From positions 7,776,001 through 7,840,000 of the forward strand of contig OZ244999.1 in the NCBI GenBank assembly GCA_965223265.1: a DNA stretch of 64,000 nt, in the 5' to 3' direction. The notes beneath the pieces are model-generated. The model was not told where the DNA came from, made no database searches, and saw only the letters and a program-made list of their open reading frames with translations. Made by a program: the position numbers and the translations under genes. This document shows, piece by piece, positions 28,448 to 37,302 of the stretch. Within the stretch, counting starts at the first letter, position 1. Each line of letters starts with the position of its first letter. The stretch comes from Planctomycetota bacterium (lineage in GTDB: Bacteria > Planctomycetota > UBA8108 > SXIK01).

Positions 28448-31400
28448 CTATTGCCGCCGGAAAGGCGTCGAATCGTCGAACCGCCACTCCTTCAGGAAGG
28501 CGATCAGATCCGCCATCGCCGGGACATCGAGCTCTCTCTCGAGCCCTTCAGGCATGAATGACGTCCCATCCGTCGAGATCGCGGCAACCTCCTCAGGCGA
28601 CAAAACAGTCGAGACGCCGTCGGCTTGGCGGACCGTGAGAAAGTTCGCCGACTCCTCCGCCAGGACCCCACTCAGAACTCTCCCGTCGACAAGTGTCAGG
28701 GCGTAGGCTAGATAGTTCCCGTCAACAGCTCGATTCGGATCGAGGATGTCGACCAGAATCGACTCGCGGCTCCGGGTCCGGGTGTCAGAGATGTCCGGGC
28801 CGACGTCGGTGCCGATCCCAGCCACTCTGTGACACGTAGCGCAGTTTTTCGTGAAGACGGCGCGGCCCCGACCTTTGTCGCCCGTCAGTGCCAGCGCTGG
28901 CGAATAGCCGCGGAGGACTCGGCTGCGATCCTCGGCGCTGCGGCGCGCGAAAAGCTTCGCGGCACGGCCGCGGAGCTTCGCATCGCTCGCACGCTCAAGA
29001 GATGCCCGTGCACTCGTCGGCACCTCCGCTGCGGCCACCACGCCGCGCTCCACAGCGTCGACGAAGGCGCGGGCGCCTGCTGCACCTCGCGTCAACAGGT
29101 CGGCAGCGACGCGGCGATGGGCGGGCGAAAGCCGCGCCCAAGATTCCATCAGCAGAGGCGCGACGCGCCCAGAATCGAACGCCGCCAGACCCCGGAGCAC
29201 CGCGGGTCGCAGCGGGGCGGTGCCCGAAGCGGCATCCGCGGCAAGCAGGAGTTCCGAAAGAAGGGAGCGACAGTCTTCGAACGAAGACGTCGCAGCAAGG
29301 AGAATCGCCGCGCACTCTCGCTCCTCCAAGGCGTTGGCGGTGTCGGCGACCGCGGCACGAGCGGCCGCTGCATCCGCGGCGATGCGCGCTTCGAGCGCGG
29401 CGCGATCCAGTGTCACGAGAGTCGACGTCGACCGCGGAATCGTGGTACCCGCGGCCGCCATCTGCCGGAAGTTGACGCCGCGACCGATCAAACCTTCGGC
29501 ACAGCGACTCGCGGCGACGATACGCCATCGTGCGGCAGCCTCACCACGAAGCTGGCCCAGTTGGACGTAGTACGCCAATCCGTCACCTACAGGGAGTCGG
29601 CGCCCCACAGCGTTCGAGAGTTGCGAGACCAGCTCGTAGGTACCATGCAGTGGCGACGTCGATTCCACGTGCGGTGGCTCGACCACGGCCGCCTCGAGGA
29701 TCGCCAGCGCCAGCTGCGCGGTGAGCGCTGAGGCGGAGCTGATCACGGCAGAACGAACGTGAGAATCGGCGCCGTCACGCCGGGCGATCTCGACGAGCAC
29801 AGGCAATCTCTGCGAGCGCGGCAACTCACCGAGGGTGAGCGCCGCTTGAAAGCGGACCCCGCGATCGTTGTCGCGCGTGAGATCGACGACTCGTGCCTGC
29901 AGGCGCTCGACCGATTCACGCAGTGCTCTGCCGGTGTTCGATTCGGGGACGCCGCGCGCCGCGGCGAGGTGGCTCTCCGCGAGCCGAAGCGCCGCGCGTC
30001 GTAGACGTGGATCGGGATCGTCGCACACTACTTCGATGAGCTCGCTGACGAGCGCACCCCATCCCTCGAGGGTCCACAAGGCGTGGAGTCTTCCGAGCGG
30101 CTCAGCACCGGCGCGGACGATGCGCTCGAGTGCCTTCACGTCGCCGCGGCCGCGCTCGACGAGTAGCCGCTGCGCCGTCGCACGGGTCCATGCGTTGGGA
30201 TGCCCCAACGCCGCGACGAGATCCGCGGCCGAAGACGTCGCGAGATGTGACCGCGGCACTGCGACGTCTCTTTGCGCGGTCGCTGGCACGATGCGATAGA
30301 TGCGGCCGCGGTCCTGCCCGTCGAGCACGTCCGGGCGATCCTTCAGCTCGGGAGGCATCCACGCCGGGTGCTCGATGACGGCGCGGTACATATCGACGAC
30401 GTAGAGTGCGCCGTCAGCGCCCGTCGCCAAGTTGACGGGTCGAAACCACTCGTCGGCGGTGCGAAGAAACTCAGTGTCGGTCTCTTGGCGGTAGCCGACG
30501 TAGGTCGAGCCCGTGAACTCGAGGCGCTCGCGATGCACGACGTTCGCAGTCGGGTCGCAAGTGAACCCATCGCCCCGCAACGCCGGAAGGAGGCCACCGC
30601 GGTAGACGTGGACGCCGCAGGCAGCCGTAAATGTTCCAGCGTGCAGGTTCGAGGTTGTCCAGTTCTTGCTGATCGGAAAGAGACGTGCCGGCGCGCCGTC
30701 CGCTGAGACGTCCTCGGCGACGGGCGCAACCGGGACCACTTCGTTGCGGCGAACGTATCGGTCCGGCAGAACGACGAAACGTAGATGTTGACGGTTGGTG
30801 CAGACGAAACGCCTGCCTTCGTCGTCGAACGACATGCCGAACTGGCTGAGGCCTGACGCCGCCTCAAGGCGGAGCGTCTGCGGCAAAAAACGAAAGTCAC
30901 GCCCACGAATCGACAGCGAGGTGCCATCGACATGCTCCGGCGAACGAGAATTCCCAAGTGCAGCGATGGCAGCGGCGGTCACGGATACGTCGGTGTTACG
31001 CAACCCATTGCCGACGTAGATCCAATTGTCGATGGCGAGCGTCGGGTGGCTCGGTAGGAGCTGCGAGTTCTTTTCCACGAATCCGGAAAAGAGGACACGC
31101 CTGTGGTCCGCCTTGCTGTCGCCGTCGTAATCTTCGAGATAGAGAAGCTCACGCTCAGTTGTCACGTAGGCGCCCCGCCGCCAGAGCGCCAGTCCGGTCG
31201 GAAATCGAAGCTGCGATGCGAACAGCGTTGCACGCTCGAAGAACCCATCACCATCGTCGTCATGCAAGACTTTGACGCGTCCTCCGGCCGCTTCCCCGCT
31301 GGCTGGTCCCCACGGGTAATCTCCCATCTCGACGACCCAAAGGCGGCCACCAGCGTCGAATGCGATCGCCACGGGATCTGTCACCTCAGGTTCGTGGGCG

Positions 31401-31648
31401 ACAAGCTCGACGGCGTATCCTGAAACAATCTCGAGGCCGGCGCGAGCTGCGCTTGGTGCCAACGGCGAAATCGTCTCCTCCGACCGCAACAATGAGACAG
31501 AGCCGAGCAGAGCCAATGCGAAAACAACGCTCCGAATGGAATCGAAGCGCAGCGTCGAATGCCGGCGAATAACGGTGAGCGAAGACGGCGTACAGTCCGA
31601 CGAACGAAACGGTGCGTCGCCGCCATCTCTTGCCAGCATTGGGGACAT
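28448..31648 (-). CDS. PVC-type heme-binding CxxCH membrane-bound dehydrogenase-like protein; start uncertain
   Basis: DPVAIAFD...VVEMGDYP, WFRPVNL, DMYRAVIEHP, HEAT-like repeats, CATCH, GPDIS and SFMPEGLE. Confidence 0.92.
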   Translation of the reverse strand: MSPMLARDGGDAPFRSSDCTPSSLTVIRRHSTLRFDSIRSVVFALALLGSVSLLRSEETISPLAPSAARAGLEIVSGYAVELVAHEPEVTDPVAIAFDAGGRLWVVEMGDYPWGPASGEAAGGRVKVLHDDDGDGFFERATLFASQLRFPTGLALWRRGAYVTTERELLYLEDYDGDSKADHRRVLFSGFVEKNSQLLPSHPTLAIDNWIYVGNGLRNTDVSVTAAAIAALGNSRSPEHVDGTSLSIRGRDFRFLPQTLRLEAASGLSQFGMSFDDEGRRFVCTNRQHLRFVVLPDRYVRRNEVVPVAPVAEDVSADGAPARLFPISKNWTTSNLHAGTFTAACGVHVYRGGLLPALRGDGFTCDPTANVVHRERLEFTGSTYVGYRQETDTEFLRTADEWFRPVNLATGADGALYVVDMYRAVIEHPAWMPPELKDRPDVLDGQDRGRIYRIVPATAQRDVAVPRSHLATSSAADLVAALGHPNAWTRATAQRLLVERGRGDVKALERIVRAGAEPLGRLHALWTLEGWGALVSELIEVVCDDPDPRLRRAALRLAESHLAAARGVPESNTGRALRESVERLQARVVDLTRDNDRGVRFQAALTLGELPRSQRLPVLVEIARRDGADSHVRSAVISSASALTAQLALAILEAAVVEPPHVESTSPLHGTYELVSQLSNAVGRRLPVGDGLAYYVQLGQLRGEAAARWRIVAASRCAEGLIGRGVNFRQMAAAGTTIPRSTSTLVTLDRAALEARIAADAAAARAAVADTANALEERECAAILLAATSSFEDCRSLLSELLLAADAASGTAPLRPAVLRGLAAFDSGRVAPLLMESWARLSPAHRRVAADLLTRGAAGARAFVDAVERGVVAAAEVPTSARASLERASDAKLRGRAAKLFARRSAEDRSRVLRGYSPALALTGDKGRGRAVFTKNCATCHRVAGIGTDVGPDISDTRTRSRESILVDILDPNRAVDGNYLAYALTLVDGRVLSGVLAEESANFLTVRQADGVSTVLSPEEVAAISTDGTSFMPEGLERELDVPAMADLIAFLKEWRFDDSTPFRRQ

Positions 31649-31968
31649 GTGCTGCGTCTCTCTCACGGTTCTCCCGGCGCCCGCGGAGTCTCGCGGCGCC
31701 GGCGGCAGCACCAGTGGAATCGCTGGCTGCGACGAACGAAAGCAGAATCCCAACGCTGCGCGCGACGAGACCGTCCGGCGTTCGTTCTGTCGCCGGCGCC
31801 GACGTCCAACTCAGGCACTTCCCGATTGCGCTGTCGGGCAGAATCGCTACATTGAAGCCGATCCCAACTGTTTGGTGATCGTTAGCTCGGCGCCGGTCGA
31901 ACGCTCGACGGGCTCCTTGAATCCCACCGTAAGGGTTGAGAATCTCGCGCGAAAGGAGCATTTCATTC

Positions 31969-32373
31969 ATGGCGAAACTCAACGAAATCGAGGGCATTGG
32001 CGAAACTTACGCGGCCAAACTGAAAGAGGGCGGCATTGAGAATCAAGCCCAGTTGCTCGAACAATGCTCAAGCCCCGACGGTCGCAAGAAGCTGGCGGCC
32101 GGCTGCGGCATCAGCGACAAGCTGATCCTCAAGTGGGCCAACCGCGCCGACCTTGCTCGCATCAAGGGCGTCGGCGAGGAGTACGCCGACCTCCTCGAGT
32201 GCGCGGGCGTCGACACGGTGCCGGAGCTCGCACAGAGAAAACCTGCCAACCTGCACGCGAAGATGAAAGAGGTCAACGACGAGAAGAAACTCGTGCGGAG
32301 CATGCCCTCAGAGTCGCAGGTCGAGCAGTGGGTCGGGCAGGCAAAAGAGCTGCCGCGCATGCTCAATTACTGA
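31969..32373 (+). CDS. DUF4332 family helix-hairpin-helix protein
   Basis: RBS AAGGAG; IEGIG, WANRADLARIKGVGEEYADLLE...VDTVPELAQR. Confidence 0.88.
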   Translation: MAKLNEIEGIGETYAAKLKEGGIENQAQLLEQCSSPDGRKKLAAGCGISDKLILKWANRADLARIKGVGEEYADLLECAGVDTVPELAQRKPANLHAKMKEVNDEKKLVRSMPSESQVEQWVGQAKELPRMLNY

Positions 32374-32481
32374 CGTCTGACGAGCGAACAGCGAGACAGG
32401 AACTGGTGGCGGGCCGGTTCCTCGAGCGTCTTGTCTTTCGTCGGTGTCGACGAGGTAGCCCGTGCACGAGCTGCCACTCTC

Positions 32482-33714
32482 TCACTGAAAGCACAGCAGC
32501 GTGTCGGGGGTCGGGTCGTTTCCTGCCTCCGGGCCAGGCGCCGGAATCTGCTCACCGCCGGCGAAGAGATGGTTGAGCGCGAAAATCGCGTCTGAGACGT
32601 CGAGCTCGCCATCGTCGTTAGCGTCGGCCGCATCTTCGCACGCGAGCTCGTTTCCGACGAACAGATGGATCAGCGTAAAGATCGGGTCGGAGACGTCGAT
32701 CGCACCGTCGCGGTTCGCATCGCCACGGCGAAAGAGTGCGAAGCCGGGTGTCGTGCCGGGAACGAAAGCGTCGTTGCGATCCGTTGCCGTCACCCCTTCG
32801 ATGGTGGAACCGCCGGGAATGAAGATCGCATCGCTGCCGTCAGCGTCAGTTGCTGCAGCGCCAATGCCGTGCCGCGCCACGGGCATGACGCCGCGATCAA
32901 ACCAGCGGTCGACGCTGAAGAGATACGATTCCACCTGTGGAAAGAGGCCGTCGGGCGCGGCGGCGTTGCCCTCACCGCCGAAGACGAACATCTCATCGCC
33001 AATCACTGCGGCGGCTATGCCGGCCCGCGGCGTCGGCAGCGGACTGAGCTCGTCCCAATCACCGCTTGCTGGGTCATAGACCTCGAGCGTGCCGAAGAGC
33101 AGACCGAAGTTGCGACCGCCGACGGCAAAGAACTTGCCGTTGTGCGCGCCCGCGGCGAGGTGATTGCGCGCCGTGGGCATCGGCTGCAGTTCACTCCACT
33201 CGTTGGCGACGGGATCGTACGAGGCGAAGTCGCTGAAGCTCGTCGATCCGGTCTGTCCGCCGGCAACGTAGATGCGTCCCGCGAGCACCGCCACACCGGC
33301 GCCGCCGCGGGGCGTCGGCAGACTGCTGACTTCGCTCCACTCGTTCATCGTGGGGTCAAAAGCAAACACCGAAGAGACGCCGCGAAAACCACGGTCCAGG
33401 CCACCGATGCTGTAGACCTTCCCAGCGACCGCAGCAGCGCCTATGTGGTGCAGCTCGGTGTCGTTCAAAAGCGACGGCACGTCCTCCCACTCACCGCTCG
33501 CGACATCGTAGCGATCGACTCGCCCCGTCGCGGAGAAGTCGTTCAGGAGCCCTCCGATCACGTACACCTTACCGTCAAGGGCGGCGATGCCGACCTCTTG
33601 GCGCGGACCTGGAAGGGGCGCCAAACCCTCGAGCCAGGTGTCTTCGGCACCACACAGTGCGCTCTCTGCGAACAAGCACAACGAAACAAGAAAGAATCGA
33701 ACCGCTTCGCGCAT
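32482..33714 (-). CDS. Secreted Kelch-repeat protein with C-terminal dockerin-like domain
   Basis: Signal peptide and six GG...Y...W Kelch repeats; FRRGDANRDGAIDVSDPI...CEDAADANDDGELDVSDAI. Confidence 0.88.
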   Translation of the reverse strand: MREAVRFFLVSLCLFAESALCGAEDTWLEGLAPLPGPRQEVGIAALDGKVYVIGGLLNDFSATGRVDRYDVASGEWEDVPSLLNDTELHHIGAAAVAGKVYSIGGLDRGFRGVSSVFAFDPTMNEWSEVSSLPTPRGGAGVAVLAGRIYVAGGQTGSTSFSDFASYDPVANEWSELQPMPTARNHLAAGAHNGKFFAVGGRNFGLLFGTLEVYDPASGDWDELSPLPTPRAGIAAAVIGDEMFVFGGEGNAAAPDGLFPQVESYLFSVDRWFDRGVMPVARHGIGAAATDADGSDAIFIPGGSTIEGVTATDRNDAFVPGTTPGFALFRRGDANRDGAIDVSDPIFTLIHLFVGNELACEDAADANDDGELDVSDAIFALNHLFAGGEQIPAPGPEAGNDPTPDTLLCFQ

Positions 33715-33755
33715 GGGGACCTCCCGTTAGGGACGTGACCGAAATTTCGCGCTGG

Positions 33756-33838
33756 GGAGACGCCGGTGACGCACTTCCATTGTACAGGCCATGGTGCGGA
33801 TGATTGTACCGGGGGTCCGAATCCCGCCGTCTCCGCCA
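33756..33838 (+). pseudogene. Degenerate tRNA-Ser-like sequence or att-site scar
   Basis: Perfect acceptor pairing GGAGACG/CGTCTCC, discriminator G and CCA. The T-arm GGGGG-TCCGAAT-CCCGC has two deviations and there is a long variable-arm hairpin. D and anticodon arms are not recognisable. Confidence 0.65.
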
Positions 33839-33879
33839 TTTTTCATCGCGGGGGTTTGTACAGTTGCGCGAGCCTTTCC

Positions 33880-34225
33880 GGACCGCCCTGAGGCCGACTT
33901 CCGCGTACCGATCCTCGACGAGGCGTTCCAGTACCTCCTCGAGCTCAAGGCGGACGTCGGGAGCGAGGGGAAGATCTTCGCGAAGATTCCGCCGCGGCGC
34001 TGGACGTGGCTCACGTGTCATGCCGGAGTGGCGGGGCTGAAGTTCCACGATCTCAGGCGCTACTTCCTTCAGCGCTGCTGCAGGCAGGGCGTGCCCTTCG
34101 ACGTCGCCATGCGGCTCGGCGACTGGAGGGACGCCAAGATCGTCCTCGAACACTACCGGGCGATCGGCCAGGACGAGCTCAAGAAGGGCTTCGAGGTGGC
34201 TGTTCGAGTGACGTGGGGGAATTGA
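33880..34225 (+). pseudogene. C-terminal fragment of a tyrosine recombinase/integrase; 5' boundary approximate
   Basis: AGVAGLKFHDLRR (HxLR box), MRLGDWRD and terminal HY (catalytic Tyr position). The N-terminal two thirds are missing. Confidence 0.75.
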
Positions 34226-34568
34226 CAGAGATGCATCCCGCGTGTTTCGCTGGAGGTGAAACGGCTCCACCATTCTGGCGAAGCACATGGCACGGATCTA
34301 CGATGTCCAAGAGCGAAGCGCCCTTCCTCGGAAGCGTCTCTTTGTGTCAGCGGCGGCGAAACCGGGTCTTCGCCCTGCGAGCGGCATTCGACCCGCCCCC
34401 CATTGGTAGCGACCCCGGCCACCTACGCCACCTAACCCTAGCGCCTCTCGACCGCCGGCTCTGCCAGCGATTCCGCAACGCGGGTAGCGAGCGCGATCCA
34501 TCTGGCGATGCCTCGCGAGGTTAGCGGCGCCGACGGATGATGGAGCAAATTCGCATTCGACAGACCAC

Positions 34569-34596
34569 TTGTTTTTGGCTACGTTTCTGGTATAGT
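34569..34596 (+). promoter_or_regulatory. IS-internal sigma-70-like promoter, probably leaderless transcript
   Basis: TTGTTT-N16-TATAGT with an extended -10 TG. The ATG at 34603 is only 6 nt downstream and has no RBS. Confidence 0.55.
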
Positions 34597-34602
34597 AGTA
34601 AT

Positions 34603-34947
34603 ATGTCAGGAAAACAGCGGCCTTCCAGGAGCAGGATGAGCAGGGCGGAGCGTGACCTGCGCTCCCGGCTTACCAAACTCCTGCATTCCGATGCGATCAT
34701 CCGCGGAAGCCTCACCGTTCGTGAGCGTACCTGCGGGAAGTCAAGCTGCCGCTGCGTCACCAAGGGAGAGAAACACACGGGACTCTATCTCGTGGTCAGT
34801 GAGGAGGGAAAGTACCGGCAGATCTTCGTCCCCAAGGCGTTCGAGGACGACGTGCGTCGGTGGGTTGAGAGCTACGCCAACGCCCGAACCCTGCTCGAGG
34901 AGATTTCGAAGCTTCAGCACCAGAAGCTCCGAAAAAGGGAGAAGTGA
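34603..34947 (+). CDS. DUF6788-like small basic IS accessory protein
   Basis: RGSL...CGKSSCRC...KH..LY motif; lies directly upstream of the transposase inside the TIRs. Confidence 0.82.
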   Translation: MSGKQRPSRSRMSRAERDLRSRLTKLLHSDAIIRGSLTVRERTCGKSSCRCVTKGEKHTGLYLVVSEEGKYRQIFVPKAFEDDVRRWVESYANARTLLEEISKLQHQKLRKREK

Positions 34948-34951
34948 AGCA

Positions 34952-36181
34952 ATCCTTCGTCGGCTTCTGGCCTACGCCAGGAAGATCATAGGGCTTCCTG
35001 CTGTCCTCGATACAGTCACTGACAGCCGCCAGTGCCCTCGGATTTCCACTGGCGTCGTGGTCAGAAGTGCGTTCGTGATGTTCCTGACGCGTCTCGGCAG
35101 TCTCAACGCCTTGGAGCAGACGCGGGAGAGCAAGTTCTGGTCCCGGTGGATTGCGGGCGATCTCCCAAGCGCAGATTCGATGGGACGGATCTGCGCCGTC
35201 GTCAATCACGACGACCTACGAGCTGCTATTCATCACCTTTATAGCCGACTCAAGCGGAACAAGGCGCTCGTCGCTCCGTGGCACGGTTTGACCACTCTTG
35301 TGCTGGATGGACATGAATCGCACTCAACGTACCGACGGCGTTGCACCGGCTGCCTGGAGCGAGAAATCACCGTCAAGAACAGGAGCGGCGAGACGGAGAC
35401 GCGCAAGCAGTTCTACCACAGGCACGTCACAGCTCAGCTCCTGACCGACAGTTTTCCTCTGTTGCTCGATGCCGAGCCGATTCGCCCGGGCGAGGATGAG
35501 GTGGCCGCAGCCATGCGACTGCTTGAGAGAGTTCTCAGAAGCTACCCGAGAGCATTCGACGCCGTTGTCGCTGACGCGCTCTACGCCGACCCTAGGTTCT
35601 TCAAGTTCGTTCGAGAACGCGGCAAGCACGTGCTCGCAGTGCTGAAGAACGAGAAGCGTGATCTGATCCGAGACGTTCGCTCCCTCTGCGAGGTCAGGGC
35701 TCCGGTCGAGATCTTCTCCGGCAAGAGGAAGTGCCAGTGCTGGGACGTCGATGAACTCGAATCCTGGCCACAGGCCGGCATGCCGGTACGGGTGGTGCGA
35801 AGCGTGGAGCGGTGGTCACTGCGCCGCCAGCTCGACGGCCAACCCGAGGAGCAGATCTCGGAATGGTTCTGGGTGACCACCTTGCCTGAGAGCTTGGCAA
35901 GCACGGTGGCCGTTCGCGAAATCGGTCACTCGCGTTGGGCAATCGAGAACAAGGGCTTCAACGAACTGGTGACGCGCTGGCATGCAGACCACGTCTACAA
36001 GCACGACGACGATGCGATGCTTACGTTCTGGCTCGTTTGCCTCATCGCGTGCAATACGTTCCAGGCATTCTTCCTGCGCAACCTGAAGCCGCAAGCGCGT
36101 GCCAACTGCAGCATGCTCCACTTGGCCCGCCTGCTCTCCTGCTGCCTCTACGCCGGGATCCCCAGCCGCAGCCCTGGCTGA
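34952..36181 (+). CDS. DDE transposase (DDE_Tnp_1-like); start codon unclear
   Basis: LVLDG, VVADALY and RWAIENKGFNELV motifs give D-D-E. There is no in-frame ATG/GTG at the expected start. Confidence 0.88.
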   Translation: MLRRLLAYARKIIGLPAVLDTVTDSRQCPRISTGVVVRSAFVMFLTRLGSLNALEQTRESKFWSRWIAGDLPSADSMGRICAVVNHDDLRAAIHHLYSRLKRNKALVAPWHGLTTLVLDGHESHSTYRRRCTGCLEREITVKNRSGETETRKQFYHRHVTAQLLTDSFPLLLDAEPIRPGEDEVAAAMRLLERVLRSYPRAFDAVVADALYADPRFFKFVRERGKHVLAVLKNEKRDLIRDVRSLCEVRAPVEIFSGKRKCQCWDVDELESWPQAGMPVRVVRSVERWSLRRQLDGQPEEQISEWFWVTTLPESLASTVAVREIGHSRWAIENKGFNELVTRWHADHVYKHDDDAMLTFWLVCLIACNTFQAFFLRNLKPQARANCSMLHLARLLSCCLYAGIPSRSPG

Positions 36182-36433
36182 CCGCTTCGGTCACGACTCG
36201 CTCACCGGGGCACTTACCTCCTACCTCAAGCCTCACCTGTCAGAGGCCCGGGGAATCCCTCCCCCAACTCCCTCTGACGCCTCTCCCACGCCACAGAGCT
36301 CGCCTCCCGCGACCCTTCTCACCGCGCCATTTGCTCCATGCGAACCTGCGACACGCCAAAAACCGTCCCTCCATCTATAACCGAAGGCTCCACGCAGCAG
36401 GATTGCGGAACCGCTGCGGCTCTGCGGCGGAGG

Positions 36434-36463
36434 TTGACTGTTCGCACTCCCGGCGGTTACGAT
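36434..36463 (+). promoter_or_regulatory. Sigma-70-like promoter of the TA operon
   Basis: TTGACT-N18-TACGAT about 47 nt upstream of the antitoxin ATG. Confidence 0.55.
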
Positions 36464-36510
36464 GGAACTCAGCAGTAGTTTCCTGCCTTTTTTGAAGAGG
36501 GATTCCAGCC

Positions 36511-36747
36511 ATGGCAGAGACCATTTCTCCAGACCTCGAGGAGTTCGTCCGACGAGAGATCGAGAGCGGTCGATTCCCGAACCGCGAAGCTGTCCTCGCA
36601 CACGCTCTGCGCCTGCTTCAGCGCGACCGCGAAGAAGCTGTCGCCGGGATGAAAGCCGGTCTGGAGGATGTGGCTGCAGGACGCGTGCAGCCGCTTGACG
36701 AAGCGTTCGCTGAGCTGCGCCGCGAAACGGATATCCCGGACGAATGA
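36511..36747 (+). CDS. ParD-like ribbon-helix-helix antitoxin
   Basis: LEEFVRREIESGRFPNREAVLAHALRLL and GLEDVAAGRV; ATGA overlap with the toxin gene. Confidence 0.85.
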   Translation: MAETISPDLEEFVRREIESGRFPNREAVLAHALRLLQRDREEAVAGMKAGLEDVAAGRVQPLDEAFAELRRETDIPDE

Positions 36748-37067
36748 GCCACCGCGTCGTCATTACGGCGAACGCGAAGGCGAACCTCCGGAGCTATTAC
36801 TTGCGTGCGGCCGAAAATGCGCCGGTGACAGCCGCGCGCTGGCTCGATCGCTTTGAAAAGACTCTTCAAACGCTCTCAGACAACCCACGCCGCTGTCCTC
36901 TTGCCCCGGAGGACGACTTGGTAGACGCAGAAGTCCGGCAACTCCTTTTCGGTAGAGGAAGGAGCGTCTACCGCGCACTGTTCACCATCTCCGGCGACGA
37001 TGTCCAGGTCCTCCACGTTCGTCGGGCCGCGCGTGATACAGCCAGTCCCGAAGAGTTCCTGGGCTAA
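36744..37067 (+). CDS. RelE/ParE family type II toxin
   Basis: VVITANAKANL, LSDNPRRCPLAPE, YRALFTI...VQVLHVRRAAR. Confidence 0.87.
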   Translation: MSHRVVITANAKANLRSYYLRAAENAPVTAARWLDRFEKTLQTLSDNPRRCPLAPEDDLVDAEVRQLLFGRGRSVYRALFTISGDDVQVLHVRRAARDTASPEEFLG

Positions 37068-37302
37068 AAGGGGGCCTGCCTTGTCGAATCAACGTTCCGT
37101 TCCGTTGAACTCACGCGCGGAATCGACAAGACCGAGAGGCCCGCAAAGAACCGCACGTACGCTACGCGCAACTGATCCGCGGCTTCGGATCCCTGGAGGA
37201 CGACGGGAACCCTAACGCCGAGGGACCTTGAACCGCTGTCGCCGCTGGGCGACACTGAAGGGGAACGTTTCCGGCGGTTCAAGTCACTCACACAAGAATC
37301 CC

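Larger units (their letters stand above)
34465..36416 (+). mobile_element. Complete 1952-bp insertion sequence (DUF6788-like ORF + DDE transposase, IS4/ISAs1-like superfamily)
   Basis: TIRs CAGCGATTCCGCAA (34465-34478) and TTGCGGAACCGCTG (36403-36416) match 13/14. A 9-bp target duplication CGGCTCTGC lies at 34456-34464 and 36417-36425. Confidence 0.93.

Noticed and set aside
33756-33838. Functional canonical tRNA gene
   Set aside because: It lacks U8, the D-loop GG and a proper anticodon arm; the T-loop is TCCGAAT and the T-stem has a mismatch.
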